From Pirellula staleyi DSM 6068 (lineage in GTDB: Bacteria; Planctomycetota; Planctomycetia; Pirellulales; Pirellulaceae), in contig CAMDKL010000006.1 of the NCBI GenBank assembly GCA_945900945.1, positions 6,990 to 70,989 on the forward strand: a DNA stretch of 64,000 bases, in the 5' to 3' direction. A model generated the notes under the pieces. The model did not search any database. It had not been told where the DNA came from and was given only the letters and a program-made list of their open reading frames with translations. The translations under genes and the position numbers were made by a program. Of this stretch, positions 60,038-64,000 are shown piece by piece; positions within the stretch are counted from its first letter, which is position 1; the number at the start of each line of letters is the position of its first letter.

Positions 60038-60544
60038 GTGGTCACTAAAGACTTCATTATCGATCCAGATTCGATTGATTTCGATAATGTTGTGGCTGAT
60101 ATTGAGCAGATTCGCAAGTACAATCCCCAGCGGTTCGAAATGGAACAATTGACAGCAATTGTCTACGAAGATCCAGTGCGAGTCGCCTGCGTAGGTTACA
60201 AAGACGTTACCGATCAGGAATTTTGGGTAAGAGGTCATATGCCTGGTATGCCTTTGATGCCCGGCATCGTCATGCTCGAAGCCGTAGCCCAGGTTTGTTG
60301 CTACTGCTCCCATAAATACGAGCTACTCGGGAAATCTATGGTTGGATTCGGCGGGCTCGAAGACGTGCGGTTCCGCGATCCGGTTCTTCCAGGGGATCGA
60401 CTCATTGTGATGTGCGAACTGCTTAAAGTGAGAAAGCCCCGATTGATTGTGTGCCGTTTCCAAGGGATCGTAAAACGGAACATCGTAGTCGAAGGAATTC
60501 TTAAAGGGATTCCAATTCCCGTAGAATTCTTGACCTCAAAATAA
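60038..60544 (+). CDS. fabZ: 3-hydroxyacyl-ACP dehydratase (FabZ/FabA hotdog)
   Basis: NPQRFEMEQL, FWVRGHMPGMPLMPGIVMLEAVAQ, RFRDPVLPGD. Confidence 0.88.
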   Translation: MVTKDFIIDPDSIDFDNVVADIEQIRKYNPQRFEMEQLTAIVYEDPVRVACVGYKDVTDQEFWVRGHMPGMPLMPGIVMLEAVAQVCCYCSHKYELLGKSMVGFGGLEDVRFRDPVLPGDRLIVMCELLKVRKPRLIVCRFQGIVKRNIVVEGILKGIPIPVEFLTSK

Positions 60545-60550
60545 GTCCAG

Positions 60551-61177
60551 CTATTTCTTGGGCTTCATTTCGTGGAATTCCTCCCCGGATCGAAACTGAA
60601 GCGAGAATTTCTTGACTTCTGTCGGATCGATTGCAATGGTATTTTCCTGGCGAGCCACCGTGGCGAGAAGCAACCGATGCACAAACCAAAGTTTTTCCGT
60701 CTCAACTTCGACGCTTGGTTGAGTCATCTCGAAATGGATCCAAAGCCATCCTCGTTCCCGTTCCATCCCGATCCATTTCAAAGTGGACTCAACCGGTTCT
60801 AAAACTTCGGTTGAGGTCGGTTTCGACGTCGATCGGAGCCACGCCTTGAATTCCTCATTTCTCATCTCAAGCGAAGTTCGACGAAGGAAAAAATCCGAGC
60901 CCAAATACTTTGTGGCAAGGTCAGGAAAGCCGTCGTCATCAATACTGACTCGTTTTGAAGGTTCTTGTTTGAATAAGTTTTCACTCATGGCAGTCTCTAG
61001 ATCCTGTGGGTGCAAGCGGAGTGAAACCTCCCAAACCCTTGAATCTAAGTTCCACTTCATTTGGCCAACACAAAGATGGAACGGATGCGCGTAAAGCATC
61101 GAAGCGGATAAGTTAATAATCCCGAGGAGTAACAAAAATGAGACGCATCGAAAATGCACCGAACCATTGCCAATCAC
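60551..61177 (-). CDS. DUF6702-like exported protein
   Basis: Signal peptide then AHPFHLC...EVSLRLHPQDLETA; downstream of the M1 peptidase. Confidence 0.75.
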   Translation of the reverse strand: MIGNGSVHFRCVSFLLLLGIINLSASMLYAHPFHLCVGQMKWNLDSRVWEVSLRLHPQDLETAMSENLFKQEPSKRVSIDDDGFPDLATKYLGSDFFLRRTSLEMRNEEFKAWLRSTSKPTSTEVLEPVESTLKWIGMERERGWLWIHFEMTQPSVEVETEKLWFVHRLLLATVARQENTIAIDPTEVKKFSLQFRSGEEFHEMKPKK

Positions 61178-61202
61178 GTTTCAAGCCTTTCTGGGAATTT
61201 GA

Positions 61203-61282
61203 TTAAGCCATTGGCCTTTAGCCAAATGGTACTTGCCTAGCGATTTAGTGAACCGGCGGGCGCTAGCCCCGGGCCTGAATTC
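61203..61282 (-). repeat. Family 1 repeat copy
   Basis: ttagccaaatggtacttgcctagcgatttagtgaaccggcgggcgctagccccgggcctgaattcg. Confidence 0.85.
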
Positions 61283-61296
61283 GATGGCCCTATCGC

Positions 61297-63849
61297 TCAT
61301 TTTTTGTCCTTGTTGTCCTTGTCCTGGTCCTTGTTCTTCTTCTTATCCTTCTTCTTCTTCTTCTTCTTTTTTGGTTCGTCGTTTGGTTTCACTTCAGCAT
61401 TTGGCTTTGCATCCGGATTCGCTTTGACGGCCGGAGTCGCTGGCTCCTTTTTCTCGTCCAAACCCTTTGCGGGTTCAGCGACGGACTGGGCTGCTTTTAA
61501 CTGAGTTGCTTCCTTCGCTTCGGCTGCTTTTGCGGTTTTCATCGGATTGTCATCCGCATTGCGTCGCATTTTGAAGAGCTGAAACTTGGTCGCTTCGATA
61601 ACGGGTGGGAAGTAGTTGTTGTTGCGATCGATGTCCGCCGTTTCTCGGAATGGGTCTAGTTCCAACGATTTCAAAGGTTTTTCGGCGACGATCAACGTGT
61701 CACACTGAGTGCTATCGACTCGCCATACTTCTGCCGGAATACGAATCTCACGCGTGGAATCATCTTCGAACGTGACCATTAAGATGATGGGCATGATCAA
61801 TCCGCCTACATTTTTGAACGATACACGGTAGTATCGGTCTGTATTTTCTAGCATCGCTTTATCTTTGTCGGAAAGCTCACTCTTGAATTTTTCGAACGCT
61901 TTCCGCTGCTCTTCGGTGACTTCAGCAGGATCGTATTCGTTGTAGAAATCCTTAAGTTCAGGAAACAAGGTTGTACGTTTCTCCAACGGTTTGTCACGCT
62001 GTTTTGAAAGCGAAGGCCGACGATCGGCTTTCTTCGCCTTAGCGATTTTGGCTCTTTCATCCGGTGAGCTCTTGTCGACCTGAAATTGCTCAATTTTGTC
62101 GATTGCAATATCGCAATGGTCCGTCGTATAGAACCAACCTCGCCAGAACCAATCCAAATCGACGCTCGACGCATCCTCCATGGTTCGGAAGAAATCGGCT
62201 GGCATTGGCCTTTTGAACTTCCATCGACGCGCGTATTCCTTGAAGGAGAAATCGAACAATTCCCGGCCCAAAATTGTCTCTCGCAAGATATTGAGGGCTG
62301 TGGCCGGTTTGCTGTACGCGTTTGGACCGAACTGCATGATCGATTCACTGTTGGTCATGATGGGCACTTGATTATTGCTCTTCATGTAGGGCACAATAAA
62401 CTCGGGATCCCCGCGTTGAGATGGGTATTCATCCTGCCACTCTTGCTCTGCCAAATACTGTAGAAACGTGTTGAGCCCCTCGTCCATCCAGGACCATTGC
62501 CGTTCGTCGCTGTTGACGATCATGGGAAAGTAGTTGTGGCCAACCTCGTGGATCACAACGGATATCAGTCCGTACTTGGTGTCGGAAGAATACGTTCCAT
62601 CCTCTTTGGGTCGCGGGCCGTTGAAACAGATCATCGGGTATTCCATGCCACCGATGGGACCATTGACGCTGATTGCAGTCGGATAGGGGTAATCAAAAGT
62701 GTATCGGCTATAAACATTGAGTGTATGAATAATCGCATGGGTACTGTACTTGCTCCAAAGCGGCTCGGCTTCGTTTGGAAAGTAGCTCATTGCCATGACG
62801 CTATTGCCATTGACGTTGTGTCCCTGAGCGTCCCAAATGAACTTGCGGCTCGAGGCGAATGCAAAGTCGCGAACGTTTTCTGCATGAAAAACCCACGTCT
62901 TCGATTTTTCCGACTTGCCTTTTTCATTCTCTTTGGCCTCCTCGGGAGTCACGATGAAGACGGGGGTCTTGGCAGTTTTTGCTTTGCTTAGTCGCTCTTG
63001 TTGCGAGGGTGTAAGGACCTCATTGGGGTTCTGAAGAACTCCTGTCGAACCTACTAAATGATCCGAAGGAGCCGTGATCCGAACAATGTAATCGCCGAAT
63101 TCCAGGGTGAATTCGCCTTGGCCTAGGTACTGCTTGTGCTGCCAGCCTGTCACATCCGTAAAGGCAGCTAGCCTTGGGAACCACTGTGCCATTTCATAGA
63201 TGTAGTTGCCATCCTTTTCAAAAAACTCGGAGCCCGTTCTTCCATTAAGCAATCGTGCATTGTTGATTTTGTAGTTCCATTTGATCTTGAAGGTCATCTC
63301 TTGACCGGGAGGCAGCGGCTCACCAAGATCGATTCGCATCATGGTGTCCACCACCGTTGAAGCAAGCTTGACATCCTTTTGGTTGGTGACGGATTCGATT
63401 TTGCAACCGCCATCGAAATTCTTGCGAAGCAACATGGCCTCGAACTCGGAAGTCGACATGCGTCCCCCCTGCCCAATGCCTCGGGTGGCTCGCGTTTTAC
63501 TTGCAACGCTATCTGGTGAGAAGATGTTGGCGTCGAGTTGAACCCAAACATAACGCAGCGTATGCGGGGAATGGTTGTGATAGCGAATCGTTTCGCTGCC
63601 GTGGATCGACTGATCTTTATCGTTGAGCGTTACGTCGATGTTGTAGTCGATTTTTTGTTGCCAGTAATCAGGACCAGGTTCACCCGCAGCACTTCGGTAC
63701 CCGTTTGGGGTTGGAAGGATTTCTTCCAATTGACGGAACTTGTCTTCCTGCCCGTACTTTTTATTTGGAAAGGGTTGCCCGGAAACGGAGCTCATCAAAA
63801 CGCAAGAAAACATTGCCAAGGTACAGCCAATCCCAACACAAAATCTCAT
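61297..63849 (-). CDS. M1 family zinc aminopeptidase (exported) with Lys-rich tail
   Basis: GPDYWQQ, QWFPR, GGMEYPM, IHEVGHNYFPM...WMDEGLN (HExxH-x18-E). Confidence 0.95.
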   Translation of the reverse strand: MRFCVGIGCTLAMFSCVLMSSVSGQPFPNKKYGQEDKFRQLEEILPTPNGYRSAAGEPGPDYWQQKIDYNIDVTLNDKDQSIHGSETIRYHNHSPHTLRYVWVQLDANIFSPDSVASKTRATRGIGQGGRMSTSEFEAMLLRKNFDGGCKIESVTNQKDVKLASTVVDTMMRIDLGEPLPPGQEMTFKIKWNYKINNARLLNGRTGSEFFEKDGNYIYEMAQWFPRLAAFTDVTGWQHKQYLGQGEFTLEFGDYIVRITAPSDHLVGSTGVLQNPNEVLTPSQQERLSKAKTAKTPVFIVTPEEAKENEKGKSEKSKTWVFHAENVRDFAFASSRKFIWDAQGHNVNGNSVMAMSYFPNEAEPLWSKYSTHAIIHTLNVYSRYTFDYPYPTAISVNGPIGGMEYPMICFNGPRPKEDGTYSSDTKYGLISVVIHEVGHNYFPMIVNSDERQWSWMDEGLNTFLQYLAEQEWQDEYPSQRGDPEFIVPYMKSNNQVPIMTNSESIMQFGPNAYSKPATALNILRETILGRELFDFSFKEYARRWKFKRPMPADFFRTMEDASSVDLDWFWRGWFYTTDHCDIAIDKIEQFQVDKSSPDERAKIAKAKKADRRPSLSKQRDKPLEKRTTLFPELKDFYNEYDPAEVTEEQRKAFEKFKSELSDKDKAMLENTDRYYRVSFKNVGGLIMPIILMVTFEDDSTREIRIPAEVWRVDSTQCDTLIVAEKPLKSLELDPFRETADIDRNNNYFPPVIEATKFQLFKMRRNADDNPMKTAKAAEAKEATQLKAAQSVAEPAKGLDEKKEPATPAVKANPDAKPNAEVKPNDEPKKKKKKKKDKKKNKDQDKDNKDKK

Positions 63850-64000
63850 CGCATTTCACTCGCTAAACAAAAGGTGCTACGACCTATGGAGAGGCTCATA
63901 GGTTGGTGGTTTGTAAAATCATAGCCGGAGGGGGGAATAGCTAAGAGTACTTGAAAACCGAAATATCGCTAATAAATTGAGTTTGCCTCCGTCAGTTTGC

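Noticed and set aside
1249-63924. Many 60-230 aa ORFs antisense or out of frame to real genes (e.g. 14558-15130, 54324-55019, 9098-9664, 11543-12067)
   Set aside because: Shadow ORFs fully overlapping well-supported genes, with no motifs
1-64000. CRISPR array, rRNA, tRNA, intact transposase or prophage
   Set aside because: The repeats are dispersed rather than regularly spaced with unique spacers; I saw no cloverleaf or rRNA signatures and no cas, integrase or phage genes

Overview
A 64-kb stretch of core chromosome from a planctomycete (Pirellulaceae-like, inferred from DUF1549/DUF1553 cytochrome proteins, DUF1501, DUF1598, fhcD and planctomycete-type ECF/lipoprotein sequences). It carries about 48 intact CDS: an anti-sigma/STAS pair, ROK kinase, dxr-rseP, ftsH, fmt, HU, ahpC, moaC, two MoxR modules, a CE15 esterase, a WYL regulator, an HPS-family enzyme, ppx, a sugar-catabolism cluster, fhcD, iscA, fabZ and an M1 peptidase. 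I saw no rRNA, tRNA, CRISPR array or intact transposase. Most interesting, and not shown by the ORF track: (1) at least five intergenic scraps of unrelated genes (AMP nucleosidase with an internal deletion, a truncated lipoprotein, a prolyl oligopeptidase C-terminus, a kinase/GspG/ECF three-gene mosaic, a probable IS transposase piece); (2) several families of dispersed intergenic palindromic repeats; (3) a BamA beta1-beta2-like segment inside an unrelated Cys-rich secreted protein; (4) a 32-aa bL37-like ribosomal protein gene; (5) an (ACTCC)6 repeat directly before a start codon. All family assignments come from motif recognition, not database searches.
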